Source: Amphiscolops sp. MND2022 (taxonomy: Eukaryota). From it: a stretch of 64,000 nt of DNA. Positions 52,490 through 64,000 of the stretch are shown here, piece after piece. A model generated the notes under the pieces. That model saw only the letters and a program-made list of their open reading frames with translations, searched no databases and was not told the origin of the DNA. A program made the position numbers and the translations under genes. Each line of letters starts with the position of its first letter. Position 1 is the stretch's first letter. Location: positions 42,286,001 to 42,350,000 of the forward strand of contig OZ076413.1 of assembly GCA_964187785.1 (NCBI GenBank). The letters are read 5' to 3'.

Positions 52490-53285
52490 ATTTCTTAGAA
52501 ATCAAATCAAAATGATCACAAAGAAATTAAACAGATTTTGTGGATTAATTTACAGGATACGAGAATTGTACCCAAGAAAATGTCTCAATTTGTTCTATAT
52601 TTCATACGCTAAATCTATTATAAGTTATGGTCTGCTGGCATATGGAGCCACTACAAAAGCAAGTTTAGAACCAATTGAAAAAGCTCAGCGGAGGATTTTT
52701 TGAGCAATGTTTTTCAAAAAACAATCCGACTCACTCCTTTATATAACGGAAGAAAACCAGCTGCAAACGGTTTTCGAACTTTACATAAACGAATTGCTCC
52801 ACGGACTGATAAACGAAATCAGAGGAAATTCAATTCAATTTTTGAACATCTCTCACTCACTATTCAATTTTTTGACATCTTTTTTTGTTCCCGCAAAAGT
52901 AAACACAAGAAATAAAGAAAAAAGGACTGATACCATCAGTTTACACCCGTACAAAACTCTGTCAAAGATTTTTAAAAATATCGATTTTGAAACTCCATAA
53001 TTGGTTAAAAGGAAACAGTTTGCTACCTGAAAAAATCGAAAAATCGAGTAAAGCTAGCTGCGCAGCGCTTATTAAAAATGAATTGCAACTATATTACCAA
53101 TAACAGAGATTTACATAATTTATTTTACTAGGTCAAATTATTAAAGTAACTCCTGAAAATTTATTTTGTTGGTTCTCAGGGCGGGAGCATTGGAAGAGTT
53201 GAAAAACTCATTTCTCGTCTTTGTTGATTGTAATATTACTTTTGTAATTTTATATTCAACGAAATCAATTTAACCTAACCTAATC
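52490..53285 (+). mobile_element. 3' fragment of CR1/L2-type LINE
   Basis: Post-RT region FYISYAKSIISYGLLAYG...IEKAQRRI; ends in short tandem tail TAACCTAACCTAATC. Confidence 0.7.
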
Positions 53286-53912
53286 AATTGTTCATTTTCC
53301 TCATTGAACCCTACCCTATCAACTCTTGATCCAGTCCACATGACAGTAAAATCGAGACAGTCATTTTCACCTGGCAAATCTCTGCTCCAGAAGCTGTAAA
53401 GAATATATGCATGCGGATCGTTTGAGTCTTTTTGAAGGAGTAATTTTTCAACATTTTTTCGGATATTCTAAATACAACCGCATGTCGCTATTATGATAAA
53501 TCCGAAAAAGTGAGAAAAAGTTCTAACGACGATCTTGCTATTATCAATGATGCTCATTTTTCGCTCTAAAGACGTGTCTCTTTTCGCGAGTTGTTTTTGT
53601 CGAATAGGACAAATATCACTAAGCTATTTTGCCCTCCGATTTAGTTGAAATTTAGAAATTGCGTGGATGGAATAAGGAAACGTAAAAAAATGTAGAAAAC
53701 TTTTTCTTTCATAGCCAGTTTCTATGTTTTTCTTTCTATAATCATTACAATAAAAGTTTTTTCTGCAGTTTTAATATTTTTTGATTGAAAGGTTGGTAAT
53801 AAAAATGAAAATGTGATGATGTTGAAAAAACGGTCACAATGGTTCACAATGAAAAGAAGCGGATTGATGAAGGCACAGTTTTGCGAGTTGAATGCTCGTC
53901 TCTTGTTTTGGT

Positions 53913-54128
53913 GGTGTCTGGACATAACTCACCAGGACAATTCACCCAACGACATTACACCCAGAGCGGAAATTACGTCCAAAGAGGACATTACGACCAG
54001 AGAAGACATTACGCCCAATAATTATTGCCAATATTACGCGAAATTATGGGCGTGATGTCATAGGACGTAATGTCATAGGGCGTATCGTCATAGGGCGTTT
54101 TGTCTTAGGGCGTAATGTCCTGGAATCG
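53913..54128. mobile_element. Miniature foldback element built from GACATTACGCCC-type subunits
   Basis: About 6 units GACATTAC.CCC on the left and about 5 inverted GGGCGTAATGTC units on the right. Confidence 0.65.
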
Positions 54129-54463
54129 ATGTTGGTACAAAAGGTAGCCGAAATATCTAGCGATATACCATAAATGTAGTTTTCAGCAGCAATAAATCTA
54201 TGCCGCCCTTCTAAAATATTTTAGTCTTTTTCCCTTCATCTCTTTCCAAGCTTTTGCTAATATCTGCAAAATGAAGAAGGTAAGGTAACTTATCACATGA
54301 TTTGCTTTGGCGTATCTGAATATGGAAATGAAAATTTTAAAAATCAGTTTCATTTTCCGAACATGATACTTTCCATTACCAAACTAGTTCCAATAGAAAT
54401 GATTTGTCAATGATTGAATACATCTAGTGGAGGTATTATCCGAAATAATGAAAGTTTTCCCGT

Positions 54464-57400
54464 TCATATCAGCATGTCACAAACTGAAAAATACTTTTCA
54501 TTCTTATTCATGTCATTCAAATAGCTGACGGGAAACTCAGTTTTCTTCAAGTTTAATACATGATGTTGCTTCCCCCAGGCATTAAAATTGGGGTTTGGAT
54601 CCCACACGAAAAGAGAATTGTCAATTGGGTTGCCATCAGTATCGATCCAGGTCTTGTGATCAACGGTGTAAATTCCCAGCCAATGGCTGCCACCAACTTT
54701 ATTGAAAAGAAAGTTCACTTGTTCCCTCGTCCCATCGATCTTCGAGAACAATTTCCCGCCCATGCTTACACAATTTTCTTTCGCTTCTTGCCACGTTTTC
54801 AGCTCAATAACCCAATGAAGCCACATAGTGACCTTCTAAAAATTGAAGGAAAGCATCGCTTTCTTTAATTTTATCTGATTTAAAGGAGTTGAGACTTAAC
54901 AGTTTAATAAACTTGATGTGAAAACACGTTCTCATTGATTGCAATCTAGTCTCGCAATGGTTTTATGTGAGAAAACACGTAAGTCAAATTGAAATTATTA
55001 AAGGAAATCATAATTAAAATGATAATATAGCGGAGCTTCATCCACTATAGCCATTTCACAAACTTGTGACAATTTAGTGTTTTTCTAATTTATTTGGATT
55101 ATTTTCTACTTTCTTATAGAAGTTACGCGTCGCTTCCTTCGACACAAGTTAAACGAGCTTCTCAACTACCTTTCGTTCCGAATGAATATCCAAAAAAGTC
55201 AACTTCAGGTTAAACAACTGGACAAAAACTAGATTCAACTAACAATTTACTGGCTTACATCCCTCTATCTGCTGAGGAGAGATATACGTTGAAAGTGGTT
55301 TCAATTTCGGTATAGGCAAATTCCAAGCTTCTTTTTATGCACAGTTTAATTTGTATGAATACTTTGCTGCGAGATTTTTTTTCGCGGAAAAAGATAAGTC
55401 TTGTTCCAATCTCCAACTTTGTTCGTTTAGTATGTAACCGCTGGAAACAGTTTCAGTGACCATGTATGTAAATTCAGTAGTCTAAGTACATGGGCGAAGT
55501 TTTGGCCTAAAATTGCTTCTGTTTTTTGTTTTTTTTTTTGTTTTGCCTGAAACAACCGTAGAAAGCCTAGAAACGCTTTGTTTGAAAAGTTTTCTGTATT
55601 TTGATAAAGTGTGCTGTTTAAAGCCTTTACTCAGCCACGCACTGTATGAGTCAGCTCACCAAGACTAAACAAGCGTTTTCGGATACAAGAGATACTGAAA
55701 CAAGACGCCCGGGATATTTTCCGCTAAAAATGTAACGCATCAGCACGGGCTCGAACCCACGACCTTGTGTCTGCCAGGCAGACGCACTACCAACTGCGCG
55801 ATGGTGACTAGAATATACTAAATGGAGTAATAAAGCGGAGATTTGGCAAAATTTGGAAACAAAAACGCAACACAGATTATGATTTTTCCCCCATTATATG
55901 TGGGCGGAAAATAACAAGCCGGGAACTGCCCAAATCGGCCACCCGCTCATAGTTCAAAAGAAGCAAAGCGTTTGAAAGACTTGGGGCCAATAAATACCCG
56001 AAGGGTTACCCTTGAGACTCGGAAGTCTGAACCGAAAACATCAGAAAAGGTATGTATTCAATTTTTTCGAAACAGTCTCATAGCCCCGAAAATCCCAGGA
56101 GACACTTTTGTACTAACGCAGAAGGCGACTATTGTCAAAAATATATTGCATTCGCTGAACCAAAAAACATCTGAATTATTACCCATCAGACACAAAAACC
56201 GAGACTGAAAACTCTTTACTGGCTGGAAACATCAGAAAACCCATTTTCGAAAATTTTTCTTCGGAAAAAATCTTATGTTGCCGGAAAAAGAACTTCAAGC
56301 TGGAAAAACGGTTTTTGGAAGCCAAGAACTTAATCAAAACTAAAGGGGGTACCAATTGAGCGAATCGAAATTTTTCTGGCACAAAGTAACATAGTGCCAA
56401 AAACATCGTAGATCTTTTCGACAGGTTTTGAGAAAACTCTCATTAGACTTACAGCACCAAATAATAACCGACGATATCCTTAAGTTACCCTTAAGGCTTC
56501 GAAAACGAATTTCTTCAATGAACCACCTCAAAAAATTGAGTGAGAAAATTTTTAGTTTTTTTGTTTCAAAGTTTCTGTTCAAAAAATGTCTTTGGTAAGT
56601 CGCACAGTGTCAAAAAATCTAAGAAGCCTTCAATGCTCACAAAACGCTGTTTCTGCTAACAATTGAAGGAGGGCATCTCGGTTATTTCAAAAAATTCTGA
56701 AAAATTGCTTTCGACCGAACAAAACCCAAAGGGGCCCATTTGTGCTTTTTAATAACCAGTTGGGTGCAGAAAATGAAAATAACCAATGGGGGGACCCTTC
56801 GGCAAAATCACATCCCAAAATTTTGGTGAAAAAGTCTTGCAATTAAAAAAAACATGTAAAATCAAACCTTCTGAGTTGTCTAGCAAAGTAAAAAAAACTT
56901 TAAAAGGTTTTTAATCAGTGCATTATGAATTTAAATGCAACAAAAGTTGTGTGATAAAGAAATCCTCCCCCTGTACGTGTCCAACGTCGTTACGAACTAA
57001 TTAAAATAGTTCAATTGCTCTCACGTTCAATTTTGACTAATGTATTGAGTGAAATCTCTGGTGATTCTTGATACAAGTAAATGAAAAAATATTTTTTTGG
57101 AGCTTGATGTTAGAAAAATTGTTGAATAATTTGGATGTCAATTTTTATCCATGGCTGAATGGGGTTTTTTTAAAGAGTATAAAATTGTCCAAAGACTGGG
57201 AAAACGGCAAAATTAAGTTTTTATCCAGAATGAGCGATTTGTAACTTTCTGTCTCTTTCGAAAAAACTAATGTATACTAGAAGAAAATCGGAGAAACATT
57301 TACTTCAGATGTTTTCAAAAACTCAAGAGCATTGGGCCTTAAATCGCCCGGTGGATGATTTCTAAATCATAGTACTATTTTATAGAAGCTTTTCGTCGGA

Positions 57401-60400
57401 TTTTTTTAGTAAGGAAGAAGTAACATGAATTCAACACACAAATTTCACAAATTGCCAAAATGATTCTAACGCACCTCTCAATCATTTTTCAACATATTCA
57501 TTTGTTTTTCGTTTGCATAAGCCTTGCAGGTTTTTTTGGTACTGCGAGATTGAGAGATTTTTCGAAAAGAGTTTCCTAACATTTTGACACACCTGCGCTT
57601 TTTGAAATTTTAAAGGGGCGCCACTTGGGCGGATCCGGGTTGTTTCTTGTTCAGTTGTTATGACAGAGCGAGACGATGTTACATCTCAGCGTAATTGTTT
57701 TTTGGCAATTTTTCTATGTTAATATTTTTTATGCCTATATTTGTCCTTGTGCCAGACAATCGCTTCGGAAATTTTGTAGGAAGTCGATATCCAGTTAACC
57801 CAAACGTTTTGGCAATATCCAAACGTTGCCTAAAACAAAATTCTCTTTAATAGAATTGGGACTGCTTAGTGCTTCCTTCTATTCTCTTCAAATTCTCATT
57901 TGCTTCTTTTTGTTTTGCAAACGAAAGTTTCTAATCCAAAGATCAGTTGAACCAAGAGGCACAGTGGCACCGCGATATTTTCCGTATACAAGACGCCTTT
58001 AGGACAAAATCGAACACTTTAAAACATCAATTGTTAGAAAAAACCAAAGATAACTAAAAATTCTCAACTAAAAATCCACCTCAACCGATGAAAATGATAT
58101 GGCAACTAATGTTTTAAAATGGCTCTTAAAACATTTTTCAACTTTATCAAGAACAAGCCGGGAACGGCCCAAGTCGGCGTCATATCTAAGGCTCAAAAAG
58201 ACTCGAAAACGAAAACCACTTTTTCTACAACTGAAGACAACAAAAGCTCTCAAAAAACTAAAAATTGAGAAAAAAAATTTCCGATTTTTTTTCAAATTTT
58301 TTTCAAGTTTCCGGTAAGTCGCATAGTGCCGAAAAATGTAAAAGGGGGGACGCTTTGGGATTTTTGAACATCCATTCTGTTGCAAAATATCAAAAATTGT
58401 TGAATATTTTTGATTTCAAATTTTTTACATGGCTGAATGGGGCTGAATGGGCTTTTTTAAAGAGCATAAAATTGGCCAAAGACTGGGAAGACGGCAAGTT
58501 AAATTTTTATCCAGAATGAGCCATTTGTAACTTTCTGTCTCTTTCAAAAAAACTAATGTATACTAGAAGAAAATCGGAGAAACATTTACTTCAGATGTTT
58601 TCAAAAACTCAAGAGCATTGGGCCTCAAATCGCCCGGTGGATGATTTCTAAATCATAGTACTATGTTATAGAGGCTTTTCGTCGGATTTTTTTAGTAAGG
58701 ATGAAGTAACCCGAATTCAACACAAATTTCACAAATTGCCAAAATGATTCTAACGCACCTCTCAATCATTTTTCAACATATTCATTTGTTTTTCGTTTGC
58801 ATAAGCCTTGCAGGTTTTTTGGTACTGCGAGATTGAGAGATTTTTCGAAAAGAGTTTCCAAACGTTAACCCAAACGTTTTGGCAATATCCAAACGTTGCC
58901 TAAAACAAAATTCTCTTTAATAGAATTGGGACTGCTTAGTGCTTCCTTCTATTCTCTTCAAATTCTCATTTGCATCTTTTTGTTTTGCAAACGAAAGTTT
59001 CTAATCCAAAGATCAGTTGAACCAAGAGGCACAGTGGCACCGCGATATTTTCCGTATACAAGACGCCTTTAGGACAAAATCGAACACTTTAAAACATCAA
59101 TTGTTAGAAAAAACCAAAGATAACTAAAATTTCTCAACTAAAAATCCACCTCAACCGATGAAATTGATATGGCAACTAATGTTTTAAAATGTTTTAAAAT
59201 GGCTCTTAAAACATTTTTCAACTTTATCAAGAACAAGCCGGGAACGGCCAAAGTCGGCGTCATATCTAAGGCTCAAAAAGACTCGAAAACGAAAACCACT
59301 TTTTCTACAACTGAAGACAACAAAAGCTCTCAAAAAACTAAAAATTGAGAAAAAAAATTTCCGAATTTTTTTCAAATTTTTTTCAAGTTTCCGGTAAGTC
59401 GCATAGTGCCGAAAAATGTAAAAGGGGGGACGCTTTGGGATTTTTGAACGGCCCAAGTCGGCGTCATATCTAAGGCTCAAAAAGACTCGAAAACGAAAAC
59501 CACTTTTTCTACAACTGAGACAACAAAAGCTCTCAAAAAACTAAAAATTGAGAAAAAAATTTCCGAATTTTTTTCATTTTTTTTCAAGTTTCCGGTAAGT
59601 CGCATAGTGCCGAAAAATGTAAAAGGGGGGACGCTTTGGGATTTTTGAACATCCATTCTGTTGCAAAATATCAAAAATTGATGGAAGGAACAATAAAAAA
59701 AAATTCGGAAAAAAAATCAGTCTCACAGTGCCGAAAAAAGGAGGAAAATCTCATAGTGTCGAAAAAAGTGGACCCTTCTGCTTTGGAATGGCTTTTTATC
59801 TCATGTTAGAGGCTTTGGATGCGTTGAAAATGAAGTACTAAGTACGTATGGTAAAAGTTGGTAAATGTGCATTAATGCACAAAAAGTGGACGTTTCGCGT
59901 TGAACTGACGAAAAAAAACTAGCCACTGTAAGAGTCGGGATTTTCTTCGAAAACGCCGACTAAAAACGGCTACAAAATCGGAATTATTACAATTTAATTA
60001 AAAAAAACAAGCTGGGAACGGCACAAAAAGTGCTAAGCCTTTTGAATAGAATCAGAAAGATTCTTGAGAAATCTCTTGATCATTCAGTACCAAAACTAAT
60101 CAAAGAGGGCAACCTTGAAATTCGAAAAACGCATTTTCTGACTGAAAACCTCAAAAACCAAAGTTGTTGAAAAAATCTTCAAAAAATTGCTCAGGGCCAG
60201 AAAAACTCGGAAATCAAAGAGTGAAAAGTTTTCCGGAAAAAATGGAAATTCTAACCTTCGCTGCATCTCCAGAAATGATGCCCCCATGAGCTGCGGCGAT
60301 GATCACACTTCGCGTCTCACCTTGTTGAAAGTCCCATGCTGTATCCTCAAATATGTCAACACCTCGCCAATCTCCCCATTCCATATCCACTCTTTTATTC

Positions 60401-60816
60401 TTTATGTCGCAATACCCTGATCCCGAGTCGCTTTTGATATCAACATAAAGACCTTGCTGTTTGCACAGAGGATATTCGTCTTTTTCCATCCCCGTGTAAA
60501 AGCATTCATCAACATTTTGCAGAATTGTTTCATTTTTATCTGTGGAAAATATATCCTGTTCATGAATTTTGCATACCATACGACCACAAAAAGTAAACGA
60601 ACGGCATTTGGGATGTCGGTTGCAAGCTTTCGCGCACCCAGTGCGAGTTCTGGCGCGTATTTGCATGGTCCATCCTTCTTCCAGTCTTTTACCTTTTTTG
60701 GTATCGCTAAACACAGTTTTTTGAGCTGCTAGAGGTTTCGGACGTTGAAATTCGGCTTCCAATGAAGGCAACTTAGCGCAGCAAATAAAGAAGGCTAGAA
60801 ACAATCCTCCAATCAT
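54464..60816 (-). CDS. Secreted PAN/apple + C-type lectin domain protein, 310 aa; exons 60816-60256 and 54835-54464
   Basis: Signal peptide MIGGLFLAFFICCA; PAN pattern CAKACNRHPKCRSFTFCG..C; AAG|GTTAG donor and TTTAG acceptor in phase 0; CTLD TWQEAKENC..GGKL, WLGI, SVCD. Confidence 0.85.
55738..55808 (-). pseudogene. tRNA-derived sequence embedded in a family-2 HINE-like repeat
   Basis: A-box-like TCGCGCAGTTGG and B-box GGTTCGAGCCC; anticodon loop collapsed to 3 nt (TCTGC-CTG-GCAGA); adjacent to AACAAGACGCCC terminus at about 55698. Confidence 0.55.
57114..59680 (+). repeat. Tandem duplication (~1.28-kb units 57114-58391 and 58392-59672)
   Basis: Near-identical blocks; AAAAATTG at all three junctions; unit 2 has an internal deletion and a nested ~200-bp duplication. 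Confidence 0.9.
59232..59966 (-). mobile_element. HINE/DINE-1-like element, family 1, with internal duplication (truncated twin at 58152-58399)
   Basis: AACAAGCCGGGAACGGCC.AAGTCGGCG start and AAAACGCCGACTAAAAA end. Confidence 0.75.
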
Positions 60817-61263
60817 TTTGTTTCTAAAACGGATATTAATCTGTTGACAAAGTTAACAGATATAAAGGTTTGTGAAAAAAAATTCGAGATCCCAGAACAA
60901 AAAAGGGTTTCGTTGCAAGAGAGGGGTGCTTTTTGATAAGAACAATGATAGAAAAAATGGCGAATTTTTCTTGAAACAGGAGCGCCAAAAAAAACAACAA
61001 AGGTATTTGAATGATCTCTAACATTTGAGAACAAGTTACAAAATGATGAAACTATAATCCTCCTAGTTTTTGATTGTAAAAAAGTATAAAAACAGATGAA
61101 AAGAAACTTATAGGTGTTTCAGAAAAAGTTATGAATCCTGAAAATTTCCAGGACACCGTGAAAGTCTTCTAAACCTCTCTCCTCGGGGTTATATAACCTT
61201 GTCTCGGTGAGAGAAAAAATTATTATAAAAGTTGTTTCTGTAGTTGTTAACCGTATTGATCAG

Positions 61264-62994
61264 TGTTGGATGTGACCCCACCTTGCAAAGTATCAGTATG
61301 AGCCCTAATCGAAAGATTTAGAGAGATGTTTTAAAACTTCAGATGACTTGGCCGTTTATGGGCAATTAAAAGTTACCAAGAGACTTTTGCTCAAACAAGA
61401 CTGGGCGCGAAGTTGCTAAAGACGCTTTTGCAAAGTGTCCCAGGCGGTCGCCTGTGATGGGAATTGGTACTCGATAAGCCACACCTACTAAAGGGCCCTA
61501 CCTATTACCCTCCCAATAAACTAAAACTTGTCTAGAAAGTAACATTTGGACTTCTTGATATTAGTTGATTTTATACTGAAGAATGTAAAATGTCAGATAC
61601 TGTTGCTATTCATATTTATATTTATGTACGGTGAATTTGAAATTGGACACCAAGGCGTACAGGCAAAGGCAACTAGTTCGAGTGTTTTCATGCTTGTCGC
61701 CTTGAACAAAGCGTCCAATTTGTAATCAACCGATCAGAGCGCAGTATTTAGTTATGTACATGTACAGTTGCTATTAAACCAATATGGCGGTATTAGTACT
61801 TGCGCCGTGTTTGGCTTTCAATCTTACGGCTTGGAAGTAAATAAAGCACAACGTGTCCAGTTTGACACAAGCCGACGAAGCTATTATTTTAAATGATTGG
61901 AAGCTGTTCTACTAGTTGCTATAATAGGACAGCGTGGACACTTGATCCTTCCTGTACTCTGAAAGTACAAAATTAAATAGTTGATGCTTAATATTTCAGA
62001 TACCATTTTAAATGCCTTTTTGCCCAAAACGGCTAGAAAAGACATGTTATAAAGTCTGCTGCATGAATTGTTGCCTTTGCATGTAAATATATGTAATGCT
62101 TGGCTGCCATTGTCATTGTAGCCATGGAGGCCATATAAACATTTGACCACCGCTAGCCCTTTGATGTATATATTTAGCGCGATGATGATGTCACGGTGCT
62201 ATTTTTAGCCATTATGATCTAAAAATAGATGCATGACAACATGAATTTAGATCATCACCCCCTGCCCTAACAATAATTACCCAGGACTAGCTGTCCTTGG
62301 GGACACAATTCGACAAACCGCAATATTATCAGGTCACCATTTTCGATAATACCCAGATACAAATTATTAACTCTTTCACTGTTAATAACCGTTTACTAGA
62401 ATAATTTAAATATTACCTCTAGTACAATCATTTATGCCTTCCACAAGAAGACAGAAAGCTAAAGCAAGAAAGTCTAGAGAAATGGACATGATGTCCGATA
62501 TAGACAACTTGGACGTAATGCTAGGTAATGGGAGTGGCAACCCCATAGAAAGAGAATTAGCTGAGGCTATTGATCAATCTTCAGTTCATGATGATGGTGA
62601 AGCCAATATGTACCAAAGGAATGATTACAGGGATTTTCCCCATGAAAACAGTGAATTTAGACAAAATGTTGTTAGACAGTCCTTTGAGACCTTCTCAAAT
62701 GAATGTAATCTCAGGCTGTCTCAGGAAATGGACTCCATGATGTCCATGGTCCATAACCAAATAAATAGGGCTATTAGCGCAGCTATATCTGAAAGAGTCA
62801 TTCCAGAGATCCAAAACATTGTTAGTTCAATGTCGTTTTCAGGAAATAGGGACACTGAGGCAAGCATGTCCCCTAATAGTCTGGAGAATAGGGAAAATAC
62901 ATCCGGGTTGAAATCTAAATTGACAAAAAAGGACTCACGGTCCGCTTGTGATCTAAGAGACACCACAGGCCGTGGCTCTCACACAAAGGTATAG
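61264..62994 (+). mobile_element. Probable truncated LTR-retrotransposon 5' end: putative LTR (61264-62241) plus first ORF (62434-62994)
   Basis: TGTTG...CAACA inverted ends about 980 bp apart; 186-aa helical ORF MPSTRRQKAKARKSREMDMMSD... that stops abruptly; no clear PBS. Confidence 0.45.
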
Positions 62995-64000
62995 GCCGCC
63001 TGAAGAAATTCAGTGAAAAGAATAATTTATGCAACATTTACTTTAAGTCTTCATTTATTGTAAAATAAACATTATAAAACATGCATTTTGTGGAACTATG
63101 CGTTCGGGGAATCGTAGTATGATCTCCATGATTGATATCATCTCACTACGAAAGGAGTGATAGTGCTGTGAGGATCAACCGGAGTAGTTAAAGATTTAAG
63201 TTTAAGAAAGTGACAATCAGAAACGCATAATTTAGACTATATATAAAAATAAATGAATGGGTCATGTTTTAGCTCACGAAATGTTTCGCATCGGGGGTTA
63301 AGAAATTTGGGTTTTAGACTTGAAAATATATAAAGTTTAGAAAAATGTTGACACATTTTTCCTCGGTCTAGAAATAAACATTTCAGGTGAGCGTAGGTAT
63401 AACGGGAATCATTGTTTCGTAAATGAAATGGTTGTAAAAAATTGATGTGCAGCTGTTCTGTGCATATAAAATTTGTGAGTAAGTTGGAGATTTTCCATTT
63501 TTTACATTTTCCGCTAGGCGAAATTCGATAACTCGCTAAAGTCTGGAGTAGGTTGAATGCAGGACCACACGCAAGATTTAAGATTGAGAGAATGAAAAAT
63601 TTGAGAGAAACTATGAAAGAAAATGAAATATTCATAATCAAAACAGCTGTTAGGTAAACTCCACAGATACTAATCGATTAGTTGAAAAAAAGGAAATACG
63701 AAATACTACTACTTTGAAAAATACCTTCTTTGAAGTAGGAAAAGAAAAGAAAAAGTTTCGAAAAACGGTTGCTCACGAAACGAAAATGATCAAAATTTTG
63801 AAATTTTTCTTGTCTCAGAATTATCCGATCTGGCTTATGCGTTTGGCTTGAGCGGACTTAAATTATGATGCATGTGGGAAACAGTCCAAGTTTGAAGATA
63901 AGAATCCCCAACTTTTATATTTTGATGGCAACATCAGAATAGCCACCAGTGAAGCGAAAACATGAACAAAAAACACTGTTAAGCAAGACAAATTAACATT

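Noticed and set aside
53270..53285. TAACCTAACC as an interstitial TTAGG telomere
   Set aside because: Only 2-3 units, positioned as the 3' tail of a LINE fragment
55738..55808. Functional tRNA gene
   Set aside because: Anticodon loop is only 3 nt, stems are imperfect, and it is embedded in a repeat
58068..59674. Repeated Lys/Phe-rich ORFs
   Set aside because: Chance frames within duplicated HINE copies

Overview
AT-rich, repeat-dense eukaryotic (animal) genomic DNA with GT-AG introns. The gene and transposon content is reminiscent of a marine invertebrate such as an acoel worm, but that is inference only. There are four host genes: (1) an ORF-intronless CEP83/CCDC41 (16750-19152, +); (2) a divergently oriented multi-exon coiled-coil gene (-, three exons found); (3) a five-exon Sulfotransfer_4-like P-loop sulfotransferase (48610-52015, +); (4) a two-exon secreted PAN/apple + C-type lectin gene (60816-54464, -). 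The remainder is mostly transposon-derived: two decayed Ty3/Gypsy pol-bearing elements, a truncated LTR-element 5' end, decayed LINEs, several foldback/TIR elements, many Helentron-associated (DINE-1/HINE-like) copies and two local duplications. The most unusual object is a structurally complete 7.6-kb LTR element (34533-42128) with 1.8-kb LTRs, an ATTCT target-site duplication (TSD), a tRNA-Asn-like primer-binding site (PBS) and a polypurine tract (PPT). Its gag ends in a canonical -1 ribosomal frameshift signal that leads into a non-Pol ORF, followed by small accessory ORFs, one antisense with a KH-like GxxG motif. No prokaryotic systems or CRISPR arrays were seen. All calls are by eye; no database searches were run.
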